Shown: piece after piece, positions 36,201 through 47,911 of the stretch
Layout: the number at the start of each line of letters is the position of its first letter
Numbering within the stretch: the first letter of the stretch is position 1
Source of the DNA: Eledone cirrhosa
Taxonomy: Eukaryota
Assembly: GCA_964016885.1 (NCBI GenBank)
Contig: OZ024744.1
Coordinates: 53,940,001 to 54,004,000, forward strand
Length of the DNA: 64,000 bases
Reading direction: 5' to 3'
Notes under the pieces: model-generated
Databases searched by the model: none
The model's input: only the letters and a program-made list of their open reading frames with translations
What the model was told of the DNA's origin: nothing
Made by a program: the position numbers and the translations under genes

Positions 36201-38308
36201 GTTTATAAACGATTTGTCCAGGTCCACACTGGCGCATTAGGGAAATCTAGTCGGTACCTGTCAGACAGTTGGAACTGGCTGATCAGGTACTTGAGGTTTT
36301 GCACCGCCTGCTCCTATCGAATACTCCCACACAGTCCCAACGTGCGTTTCAGTTCCCCGCTAACAGTAAAGGGCGAGACGTACCCAGAAACGTTTCCAGG
36401 CGTCTAAAGAAATCCGGCCGTCCTGCCCCGGAAGAATGACCATACCTCGAGATCCAGGCCTTTCCTAAACAGCACTGCCACCCCACCTCCCATTCCCAAA
36501 GATATGATAGTCGTCGAAAATAGGGGCTAGTGCACGCGTGTCAGAAATCCGGGTCTCGCTGACGGCAATTACACCCATTTCTAGAGAGTTGAGGTCGTTG
36601 AGCAGGTGACCCTGCTTCCAGGACGATCCCAGACCTCGAACATTTAAACATCCTACTCTTAATATGGCCATGTTGGCAGGCTAAAAGAGAGAGGAAAAGT
36701 TTACTTACCTCCAGGGCTCTTGTGAAGGTCGGGTCGTTTGACCTCCATAGTTGGTGGGGTTTCTTTTGGGAACCCCTTTAAAAGCCTACTTTAAGCTTTT
36801 ACACTGGGTGTTCCCACGTCGTTGGGGAAGCTTTCCCTAATTGTTTTATAATTGCTTAATTCCATTCGCAGCAGCAAGAGTGTTTGTGGCACCTTGAAGG
36901 TGCAGGTGTTAAACGCCTCCCTCTCTTTCTTTTCTTATTTCGTGTTATGAGGTTCAGTAGTTTTGTGTTCGATTTCCTCACTAACACGAAGTTAGGTGTT
37001 GTTGTAATTGTAAGTTGTTGGTGTGTGTGTTTTCTTTTAATTGTTTGTGTTAGTGGTAGTGTTGTTGGTGGAGATGGTGGTTGTCTTGACGGTTGTGTTT
37101 TTGCGGGGGGGGGGGTTGTAGTATATGTCTGTGTTTGGTGCGAATGTGTCTTTTTTGTGTGCTATTTGTGTTGGTGGGTGAGATTTCTTCTTGTGTTTTC
37201 TTTTTCGTCTTTTTGGCTTTTGGTGTTCCTCCTCTTCGCTTAGTGAGGAAGGGGTTTCTGTGTTTGTGTCAGATGTAAGTGGCAGTGCGTGTATGGATGT
37301 GTGTGTGTGTTCGAGAGGGAGGGAGCGTAGAGCTTCTTTGGAGTGGCCCCTGGGTGGTCTTGGTGGTCTTTGCAGTTGTTGGTTATGCTGGTGTTGCTGC
37401 TGCAGATTTTGTTGTTGGTGTTGTTCTTTCGCGACGAGGCCCCGGCGTCGGCAGCAGCGGTGACTTTTGACCCCTTGCATTTTTCAACAGCTGAGGGTAG
37501 AAGGCTCGCAAGTGTGTTTTTTTCGCCGCAACCGAAACAGTGCTGCCTTTTACCTCAGCCATCACTTGTAGAGTCTTGGATCGTCTCTGCCATGACCGTT
37601 AAGTTGGCCCAGGTTTGCTCCTGTTTGTTGAGCAAAACTTTGTCTCCTTGTCTGTCAAGTCCATGTTGAAGCATGGCCTTTTCTTGGCTGCTGCCGCAGC
37701 GAAAGTGTTCTTGTTGTTGTTGTTGGTTTTGTTGCTGTTATCACTGTTGCAGTTGGTTATATCTTTGGTGCCGCCGTTGTTGTTGGTGCTGTCGCTGTTT
37801 ATGTTCTTGTTAGTGGTGTTAATTTCCTTGTTTTTGATGTTATCATTTCTGTTGTCTGTCTTTTGGTTGTCGCTGTTACTGCTGTGGCTGGTATTATCGT
37901 GGGGGGGTATTAAAGGTTATTGTTCTCGCTATTGGTGTTGCTGCTGCAACTATGCTGTTTGTGGTGATGTTGCTAAATGTATTTGTAGTATAAATCAATG
38001 TGTTTGCCGCTTCCCTCCTCTCAATATTTAAGTCGCTGTCACACAACAGACTTAAATGGGGAGGGGGAGGGGGGGGCTCAGCCATGATTTTTTTTATTTT
38101 GTTTTTTTTCGAGAATTTTTTTAAATGCAAAAGAGTTCAAATATTTGGGCCAAAATTCCCAAATATTACACAGTCACCCCTTTAGAGGGCAAAGACGGAA
38201 GTCTTACGAACCCTTTCAAAGAATACAACAATTATTATAAATGAAAATAAACAGAAAATTTCCTACTTTTGCAGAGCTCCAAAATTACGTCGTTACTGAC
38301 TTACAGCC
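33221..38308 (-). mobile_element. Tx1-like copy E5, divergent family C, degenerate
   Basis: ORF2 remnants 33469-36671 (CLNVRGL, SPGLDGLPYE, VSAYADDIT) and ORF1 remnants ~36705-38085. (AAT)n at both ends. Confidence 0.85.
33469..36671 (-). pseudogene. E5 ORF2 (APE and RT), heavily degenerate
   Basis: Motif fragments in ORFs 36465-36671, 35430-35951, 34667-34858 and 33469-33690. Confidence 0.82.
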
Positions 38309-38629
38309 AATAATAATAATAATATTAATGATTTCTTTATTGGCCACAAGGGCTGACATCAAGAAAAACATTCCGGACGGTACAGGACGTTACGATGTGG
38401 GTTTTGTGCGTGTAAATATTTTTATTATTTATATAAGAAACGAAAAAGAATAAAAAGACATAGAAACATATATATATATAAACAATAAAAATGAAAATTG
38501 AAACAATGAAAAATTCGCCAATAGGGGGAAACCTCCGAGGGTTACTCGTGGCGAAAACCACACAAAACACCACGGCCACCCTGACCACCAGGACAAGCGC
38601 CCTCTCTCAATTTTTTACCATTCCTTAAA

Positions 38630-41523
38630 CTACAACCGTATATTCAGAGCGGGCCCGTTCACTCGGACCATTCTCGCTACATTCACCCACCGTTCAACAA
38701 ACTTGCTATAAGACAGCACTTGCCTCTCCACCCTGATTTTTCCCGGTAGCACTGCCAGGCCAGAGATTTCTGGAAGTTATCCATATGACCTGGGCTGAAA
38801 GTTCTCCGGAAGAGAGCAAACAACTGATCTTCTTCGACGCCCAGGATCTCTCCGAGAACGTCGTCGTTCATCCCCTCTACTAGTCCTCTATAGAACGCCG
38901 AGGTGGATGTTCAACCGATACTAGTTTCCCAGCTGGTAGAGGGCGGTAAGCGCTTGGAGACATTCCAGTTTCCAAGCGCTATATCCCGGTCTTTTCCTGA
39001 TCCAGTATTGCAGTTCCGTCAAGGAGACGAGCTGGGGGAAAGCACCTCTGGCAAACGGCGACCTCACCTGTTCACCGTCAAGGAAGCACCAGAGATGTCA
39101 CAGCCTCAGCGCATGTTTGCGCATCATCAGCCACGGCATGCCTAGTCCACCACGCAACGGTTGTTTGCAGCAGATGAATCGTCTGACCAGCTGGACAGGG
39201 GCAAGGTACGACGGTCAGCCGGTAGCAGATGACGGACGCTATGTACGCATTCGCCACCTCCGCCCGACCTTTAAGAGACAGCTTCCTCTCGGCCCATTTC
39301 TAGGTGAGTGAGGCCACCCTGCTCGTAATCTCACTCCAGTTTTTCTACATCTGGAGGTCCGGACCGAACCAGATCCCGAGCAATTTAACCGGTCCTTCCG
39401 TCCAGCGCCCTACGACGCTGGCGGACGACATGGAATTGCCTCTCCAGGTGCCTAGTTGCAAGCCCACCGACTTTTCCTGGTTTATCTTTTCTCCTGTCCC
39501 CGCTTCGTATTCCTTGAGAGCGGTGCCGAACATCTGAACGTGTTTGGTGCTCGACACCACCACGGTGACGTCGTCGACGTAAGCTGACACGGGTGCCCCG
39601 CATCCCAGTTCGCGTGGGACGCCCCTGATCGTCTCCAATTTGTGCAGTAACGGCTCGAGGGCCAGTACGTACAACGGGGACGAGAGTGTGCAACCCTGGC
39701 GGACAGAGCGCGTGATGCTGAAAGGCTGCGACAGATGACCGTTCACCCTCACAATCGAGAAGATGTCGCTGTGCATCGGAGCGATCCAACCACTAAAAGC
39801 GGGCCCAAAATAGCGCAGCCAGGTACCGATAGTCGACCCTATCAAATTCTTTAGATTGATCCAAGTTGATCAGGGCCCCATCCGTGCCAGGTTCCTTAAC
39901 CACGCTCTCTATGATGTATATCATGAGATGGAGGTTGTCGTTGATGGATCTGTCCGGAATGGCTCATATCTGTGCCTCTCCCACCACATCACTGACGTCA
40001 AGCGACAATCTCTTTGCTAACACCTTGGCGAAAATCTTAAACTCTGCTCAACGCAGAGTTATGGGCCTGAAGTTGTCTATAACGTCCCCCTTGTTCGTAT
40101 CTTTTCTCAAAAGCGCCACCGCTCCCCGTCTCACAAAACTAGGAATGCTCCCGTTCTGCTGCCAGGTCGCCGAACAAGTCTGGCATATACGCATAAAGCT
40201 CGTAGGGCAGACCATCCAAACCTGGCAATTTAGTCCTTGTCCAGTCAGACATCGCTTCCCGTATTTCACCTGCTGTTATCGGCTTTTCGCAGCACTGCGC
40301 TGTGACGTCGATAGCTGCGGCAGTCCATCGAGGTATGCACCGAAGTCCATACTCCAATCCGGCCCGCCGCCGCTCCCGAACAGTTTCAGCAAAGTGCTGT
40401 TGAAAAGCCGCCCACATCTGCTCGGGTTCGAGTAACATGCGCCCGTTTCGATCAGGCAAAGACGAATTGTGGGCTTGTTGCCACGTCGCGCCTCAACCAC
40501 CCGGGCCCATTGAACGGCTTTTGTCCCCTCGTGTCTTAGAGCACGCGCTCTAGCTCTGACAACGCAGCCTTCATGCTTTGCGTTGAAAAATTGGTCGAGA
40601 GCCAATCTCGCCTCAAGCACGTCGGTTGCGATGCTTGTCCTAAACGCTTCTTCTAGCTTTCTAACTAACTCTCGCTCTACTCTATTTTCCTCTATCACTA
40701 CTCCTTTGCTAAACCTTATCGATTTTACTCTAATCGCCCTTTTCAGGTTAAACCAACACCTGTTGTTGACGATCGCACCCGTCAACGCACGCTTAACTAA
40801 TTCGCTAATCTGGTCTCTGTAATCTTTGAGCGCCGGGAACGACGCGTTCAGCTTCCAGTAGCCGGGCCCTTGCCTATGGAGTCTATCTAAGTCAACTTCA
40901 CAGGTCACAAATGTGTGTTCCGGGTAGTCGACTACCTTATCTAAATACGATATGGATGACCCGATGCGGTTTGCCCATGTTCACATTGGCACATTCGGAT
41001 AAACCAGTCTATACCTGTCAGACAGTTCAAGACGTCTGAGTAGGTTGTTGATGCTTTTACATTCTCCTGCCCTGTCTACTAGCCCCACATAATACCAGCG
41101 TGCACCCAAGATACCGTTCCAGTCGCCCACTAACACTAAAGAGCGGGACGTTCCAAGAAAGGTCTCTAGACGTCTGAATAAATCTGGCCGTCCTGCCCCT
41201 GTTGGGGAGTAGAAGGCTACTAGTCTGAAAGCATTGCCTTCGCTGCCGGTCACGTCCAGCACCACCGACTTACCTTCTTGGTCCAGGAAGATGGCCCTCC
41301 AAAAAAGCACAGCAACCGCTCCCCCCGATCCTGGACGGCTGGGTGATGCGTATACATCGTAGCCGCTGAAGATCGGTGCGAAGGCTCGTTCTTCGGAGAT
41401 TCTGGTCTCGCTGATGGCCACCACATCTATGTTTAGTGACCTGAGGTCGTTGAGCAGGTAACCCTGCTTCCAAGATGACCCCAGGCCACGTACATTTATA
41501 GTGCCTATTCTAAGTAAGGCCAT
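38630..41523 (-). pseudogene. E6 ORF2 (APE and RT), degenerate with deletions
   Basis: TINVRGL, GDWN, NFRPITL, VRQGCTLS, YVDD. Confidence 0.85.
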
Positions 41524-41555
41524 GTGGGATGAGAAATGGGGCAAGTGAGAAAGGA

Positions 41556-44047
41556 TCACTTACCTTGATCGTGTGGTGAAGGGACAGTAGAACCGTCCCT
41601 TTCGCTGGTCATGGGTGTTTCCAAGAGGATGTCAGTGTATATCATCTTGGTAACCGACACTCTGAAGTCTCCAACTGCGTTGGGGAATTTTTGTTTTAAA
41701 AGTTTGTACTGTTCTATTGAGATTTCAATGATGTTTATGTTTGTCGGGAGAGTTCTTGGTGTTGGTGGGGTGTAGTAGTTGTTTTCTGTGATGTCTGTGT
41801 GCTATTTATATGTTGTAAGAGTTCTTTATTTGCCATTTTTATGGCTGTGTACTTTTTGGGGAGACGGGTGATTTTGTTGCTGTTTTCTTGTTGCTGTTGG
41901 GTGTGTGTGTGTTTTGTTGTGTTTGCGATGTTGGTGTTTTTGGTGATGCTGGTCGTAGTGTGGTTGTTGTTGGTGGTGATGCTTGTGTGTGGTGGAGATT
42001 TGCAGCAACACCACCACCATCACACATTTACAATTCTTTGTCTACCTTCGCTTTCTGAGGGTGAAGTTAAGGTTTCTTTTCTTTTTTTCTTTTTTGTGGC
42101 AGATCGTTTGCCACTTCCCTCCCGCCTCACACTTCATATCGGACGCTGCGGCTTCTGGGAGGGGTATGAGCTCCACTGCTGTTGGTGTTAGTAGTGGAGC
42201 CCGTTCTGGCGATTTTACCGCTGGTGTAGCTACTGCCACTGTTGGTGTTGCTGCCACTGCTGCCGCTGCTTTAGTTGTCCGTGGCCTTGGTATGGGTGCC
42301 ACGGACGTTGCCCTCCTACTCACCATGGGAGGGTCTTCTGCCTCTGTTGCCTGTCCTGCTCTTGGTTCCAGCAGGATCAGGCGTCGGAAGGAGGGGGGGG
42401 CCTCTTCTTGCCTCTCTTCTGCGGGGAGAAGGTCCTGAGGTGCTTGTGGTGGTGATGGTGATGGTGATGGTGGTGGTGTTGCTGCAAGTCCCCTTGCAGC
42501 CTTTGCCCTTCTTTGTTTGTCCTCGCCTTTGGAGGGCGAAGCTAAGTGGTTTTTTCGTTTTGGGTTTTTGTGGCAGACCTCTTGCCACTTCACTCCCGCC
42601 TCATACTCCATGTCAGATTCCGTGGCGTCTGGGAGGGGTATGAGCTCCACAGTTGTTGGTGGTGGTAGTAGAGCCCGCTCCGGCGATTTTGCCGCCGGTG
42701 TAGCTACTGCGACTGTTGGTGTTGCCACCACTGCTGCCACTGTTTTAGTTGTCCGTGACCTTGGTATGGGTGCCACGGACGTTGCCCTCCTACTCATCAT
42801 GGAAGGGTCTTCTGACTATGTTGCCTGCCCTGCTCTTGGTAGCAGCGGATCAAGCGTCGGAAGGAGGGGCCTCTTCTTGACTGTCTTCTGCGGGCAGAAG
42901 TCCCTGAGGTGACCCTTCTGCCCACACAGTTAGAACTTTGGGCGCCTTCCTTCCACGCTTATAGGGAGTTGGAGCCCTTCTTCGAGGTCTATGATGTATC
43001 TGATGGTCTCGATGCACTCCTGGTCAGTCTGTATTAGCATTTGCATGCCTATTCCTGACCAGTTCTCTCTTCCCATTCTCTGTATTTGCAGTATGGTGGT
43101 CTTCTCGATTCCAGCAAATACAGACGCGGCCAGCCAAGGTATGGGCACGTCGTGCGGGATCTGGGCCTTTTTGACCCTCACAATTTTCTGCACGCAATAG
43201 GAGGGCACCAAGACTATCTCCTCACTCTTTGGGGTTTCCAAAGACTGACACTTCGCCTCTTGGTGGGTGGCGAAAAGTACGTCTACTGTGGCGTAATTTT
43301 TGCCTCGGGTGATGTGGGTTTTTCCCCCTCCTTGACGCACCCCAAGTTCTTTTGGATTTGAACCTCCGTGGCTCTCTCCATCCGATGTGACATTTTACTT
43401 ACGGTGCGGTAAGTCACCGTGCGCAGCTGCTGGTCTTTGAAGAAATCGGGTGGAGGTTTCAAGGAAACTCTATTGTCGTTTCTCGACACCATGGCTCTTG
43501 CGACTACCATCTCCTCCTCCGTGACTAGCACTGTCTCTCTAATTCAGGCCATACCTGCGAAAGAAGTGGCCCCTTTTTCAGCGGCACCATTATTGCTGCC
43601 GCTACTGCTGCTACTGCTGCCACTGCTGCTACTACTGCTACTACTGGTCTTGTTGTTGGTGCTGTTGCTACTGCTACAAACGGTGTTGTTGGTGTTGTTG
43701 CTGTTATCACTGTTGTAGTTGGTTGTGATTTTGGTGCCACCGTTGTTGTTGTTTTCGTCGCAATTTGTATTGTTGCTGTTGGTGTTGTCGTTGATTATTT
43801 TCTTGTTATTGGTGTTAATATCGTTGTTGCATTTGTTGTCATTTTTTTCTGTTGTCTGTATTTTGATTGACGCTGTTATTGTTGTAGGTGTGGTAATGTT
43901 TTTAAAATTAGTGTTGTCAGTGTTGTTGTCTTTGTTCACGTTGTTTGTGGTGGTGTTTGTTGTATGAATTTCTGTAACCCTCCTCTCAACTTTTACGCCG
44001 TTGTCATACGACAGGAAACATATTGCTGGAGGGCGTGGCTCAGCCAT
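41556..44047 (-). pseudogene. E6 ORF1
   Basis: ORFs 43544-44047, 43283-43531, 42930-43340 and 42042-42800. Confidence 0.75.
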
Positions 44048-44254
44048 TTATTTTTAAATAATTTTTTTTTTTTTAAACGTAACATGTTCAAATATTTAGG
44101 CCAAAAGGCCCAAATATTATACTTTGCCCTTCACAGGCCAAAGTCTAAGGGTTTATATCCCTTACACAACAGAAAAATATTTAACAACAAATAATTTTAA
44201 CAGGCAAATTTAGTGACTTACTGAGAGCGAGCAAAAAGGACGTCCGAACAGATC

Positions 44255-44285
<31 letters not shown>

Positions 44286-44534
44286 CTTTCTTTATTAACC
44301 ACAATGGTTTACATAAAGTAGACATTAAGGACAGTGCAGGAAAGTACAGTACGGTACAAGTGGGCATTTCTGTGTGTAAAAAACAAAAACAGAGGATGTA
44401 ACAAAAAAATAACAATGAAAAATTCCCAATAGGGGGGAGACTTCGGAGGGATATTTGTGGAGAAAGCCCAGTAAAAGGACACAGTGACCCTGACCACCAA
44501 GGCAAGTGCCCTCTCCCAGTTTTCCACCTTTAAT

Positions 44535-47500
44535 TTACAGATATATATTAAGCGTAGGCCCATTCACTCGGGCCATTCTTGCTTCTCTCACCCATCTTTC
44601 AACAAAATGCTGGGAAGAGAGCACTTCCCTCTCTACTCTGATTTTCCTTTTCAAATGAAATTTCAAAAAGTCAATCAGGGCATCACCGAAGAGGTAAGTG
44701 CTCGTCTTCAGCCCTTTCAAACGTGTCCACCATACTATCTCTTTCGCCATGGCCACCGGACAGATGAAAACTGCCTGCCCTTCCCGGCTAAAGGAGGAGG
44801 GCGGGGAAATCCTCACGATGGGCTCAGATGATAGCCGGATCCATCCTAAATGCGACAGCAGGTGTTCGACATAAACCCACAAGTCAGCAATTTACGGACA
44901 CTGGACGAGTGCGTGCAGGACGGTTTCGTCGCCCTGCGCGCATCTCGGACATGCCCGGCTGACGGCACCTCCATGCCTGTAGAGTTTATCCCGAACTGGC
45001 AAGTTTCCTCGGTAGCACTGCCAGGCCAGAGATTTCTGGAAGTTGTCCATAGGCCCTGGCCCGAAAGTTCTTCCGAAGAGATTGGCTAGTTGATTTTCGT
45101 CGACGCCTAGAGTTTCCCCAAGTACGTCGTCGCTCTTCCCCTCCACTAATCCTCTATAGAACGCCGAGGTGGAGTTTCCACCGATCACATTGCCCGATTG
45201 GTCGAGGGCTGTGAGCGCCTGAAGACATTCCAGTCTCCAGGTGCTCCCTCTCGGTCTTCGCTTGACTCAGGACTGCAGCTCCGTCAAGGAAACGAGCTGG
45301 GGAAATACGTGTCTAGCAAACGACGACAACACCTGATCACCGTCAAGGAAGAGGTGGTAGCCTGAGCGCGTGCCTGCGCATCATCAGCCACGGCATATCC
45401 AGCCCTCCACCTAGCGGGTGTTGACAACAGATGGACCGCCTGACCATCGGAGCGCGTCCCTTCCACAAAAAGCGAAAGAGCAAACGCTCCAGCGCAGTCA
45501 GGCGGGGCTTAGGACAAGGTACGACGGTCAGGCGGTAGCAGATGACAGACGCGATGTACGCGTTAGCCACCTCCGCTCGACCTTTCAGGGATAGCTTCCT
45601 CTCCGCCCATTTCTGGGTTAGAGAAGCCACCCTACTCGTCACCTCGTCCAGGTTTTTGTCCGTCTGCAGGTCCGGACCGAACCAGAACCCTAGCAATTTA
45701 ACCGGTCCGTCCTTCCAGCGTCCGACGACGCTGTTGGACGGCATGGACCTGCCTCTCCAGGTGCCGAGCTGCAGGCCCACTGACCTTTCCTGGTTGATCA
45801 TTGCTCCTGTCACCTCTTCGTATTCTCTTAGTGTAGTGACGATCGCCTCGATGTGTTTGGCGTTCGACACCACTACGGTGACATCGTCCGCAGATTCTGA
45901 CACGGATCTTCCGCATCCTAGTTCGCGCGGGGCGCCCCTCCACGTCTCCAGTTTGTGCAGTAATGGCTCGAGAGTCAATACGTACAAGAGGGACGAGAGG
46001 GGACATCCTTGGCGGACCGAGCGCATGATGTTGAACGGTTCCGAAAGGTGACCGTTCACTCTCACTACAGAGCAGATGTCGCTGTGCATGGCAGCGATCC
46101 AACCTCTGAAGACGGGCCGAAAACCAGCCGCCCTCAGGACTGCCGCTAGGTAACGATGGTCGACCCTATCGAAAGCTTTCAACTGATCTAAATTGATCAA
46201 TGACCCACCCGTGCCAGGTTCCCTAGCTACCCTCTCTACGATGTATCGCATGAGGTGGAGGTTGTCGAGGATGGATCTGTCGGGAATGGCGCACGTCTGC
46301 GCCTCTCCCACCAGACAACTAACGACAAGCGCCAACCTCTTTGCTAGCAACTTGGCCAAAATCTTGAACTCTGTGTTTAGTAGAGTTATGGGCCGGAAAT
46401 TATCTATGTTATCCCCCTTGTTCGGATCCTTTCTCAGCAGTGCCACCGCTCCTCGGCTAACAGAACTGGGAATTCTCCCGTTCTGTTGCCAGTTGCAGTA
46501 GACGTCCGCCAAGAGGCCTCCGAACAAGTCTGGCATCTGTACGTAAAGTTCATAAGGCAGACCATCCAAACCAGGCGATTTACCCCTTGTGCAGCCAGTC
46601 ATTGCCTCCCTTTCTTCAGCGGCTGTTATCGGCTTTTCGCAACACTCCGCCTCAGTGGCCGAGCGCCGCGGCAGTCCGTCGAGGTAGACACTAAAGTCCA
46701 TCCCTCGACCTAAGCCCACCGCTGCCCCCGAACAGCTGAGCGAAGTGTCGCTGAAAAGCTTCACACATTTTCCCGGGATCGAGTAGCATGCGCCCGTCGT
46801 GGTCCACCAAAGACCGGATCGTGGCTTTGTTGCCACGACGTGCCTCCGCCACTCGGGCCCATTGAACCCAGCCTTCGTGCTTTGCATTGAAGAATTGGTC
46901 AAGGGCCAATTCCGCCGCAAGCCCGTCGGTCGCAATGCCTTTGCTAAGCTCCTCGTCTAATTTTCTAACTAGTTCTCTCTCTGTTCTATTTTTCTCTGTT
47001 GCTATAGCCTTACTAAACCTAATCGATTCTATTCTAATCGCTCTTTTCAGAGCAAACCACCACTTGCTGTTGACGATGGCCCCCGTCAACGCCCGCTTAG
47101 CTAGTTCGCTAATGCGGTCTCTGTAGGCCTTGCGCGCTGGTAAGGACGCGTTTAGCTTCCAGTAGCCGGGTCCTCGTCTATGAAGCCGATCTAAGTCAAG
47201 CACACAGATCACGAATTTGTGGTCCGTGTAGATGACTATCTTGAATTGTGGACAGCCTATGCTAGACCTATCTATTTCCCTACAAAATACTCTATCTAGA
47301 TATGATATAAGTCCACATTGGCACATTCGGGAAATCCAATCGGTACCTGTCAGACAGTTCAAAACGCCTGAGCAGGTTGGTGAGGCTCTTGCACCCTCCA
47401 CCCCTATCCGCTAATCCCACACAGTCCCAGCGTGCATCTAAGATCCTATTCCAGTCGCCCACTAACACTAAAGAGCGGAACGTTCCAAGAAAGGTCTCCA

Positions 47501-47876
47501 GACGCCGGAAGAAATCAGGCCGCCCTGCTCCTGTCGGGGCATATACGGCCACTAGCCTGAAAGCTTGCCCGTCTCCGCTGGTCACGTCCAGCACCACCAA
47601 CTTACCCTCTGGGTCCAGGAAGATGGCCCGTATGTCGAAATCCAAACCTCTCCGAAAAAGCACAGCAAATCCTCCCCCCGATCCGGGACGGCTGGGAGAT
47701 GCGTACACATCGTAGCCGCCGAAGATCGGTGCGAAGGCCCGTGCTTCGGAGTTTCTGGTCTCGCTGATGGCCACTACATCTATGTTTAGTGACCTGAGGT
47801 CGTTGAGCAGGTGACCCTGCTTCCTTGACGACCCCAAGCCACGCGCATTTATGCTGCCTATTCTGAGTGAGGTCAT
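44535..47876 (-). pseudogene. E7 ORF2 (APE, RT, CCHC), frameshifted
   Basis: 530-aa RT segment 45343-46935 with SADD in place of YADD; APE in 47292-47876. Confidence 0.88.
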
Positions 47877-47911
47877 GTTTAAAATAGAGTAGAAAAGATG
47901 GGAAAGACCAC

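Larger units (their letters stand above)
38329..44254 (-). mobile_element. Tx1-like copy E6: family B body with a C-like 5' end
   Basis: ORF2 ~38630-41523 and ORF1 41556-44047 with an internal tandem duplication. (AAT)n at both ends. Confidence 0.87.

Noticed and set aside
36681-36708. 28-nt GT..AG mini-intron between ORF1 and ORF2 in E5
   Set aside because: Too short for typical metazoan splicing, and the AG is absent in families A and B.
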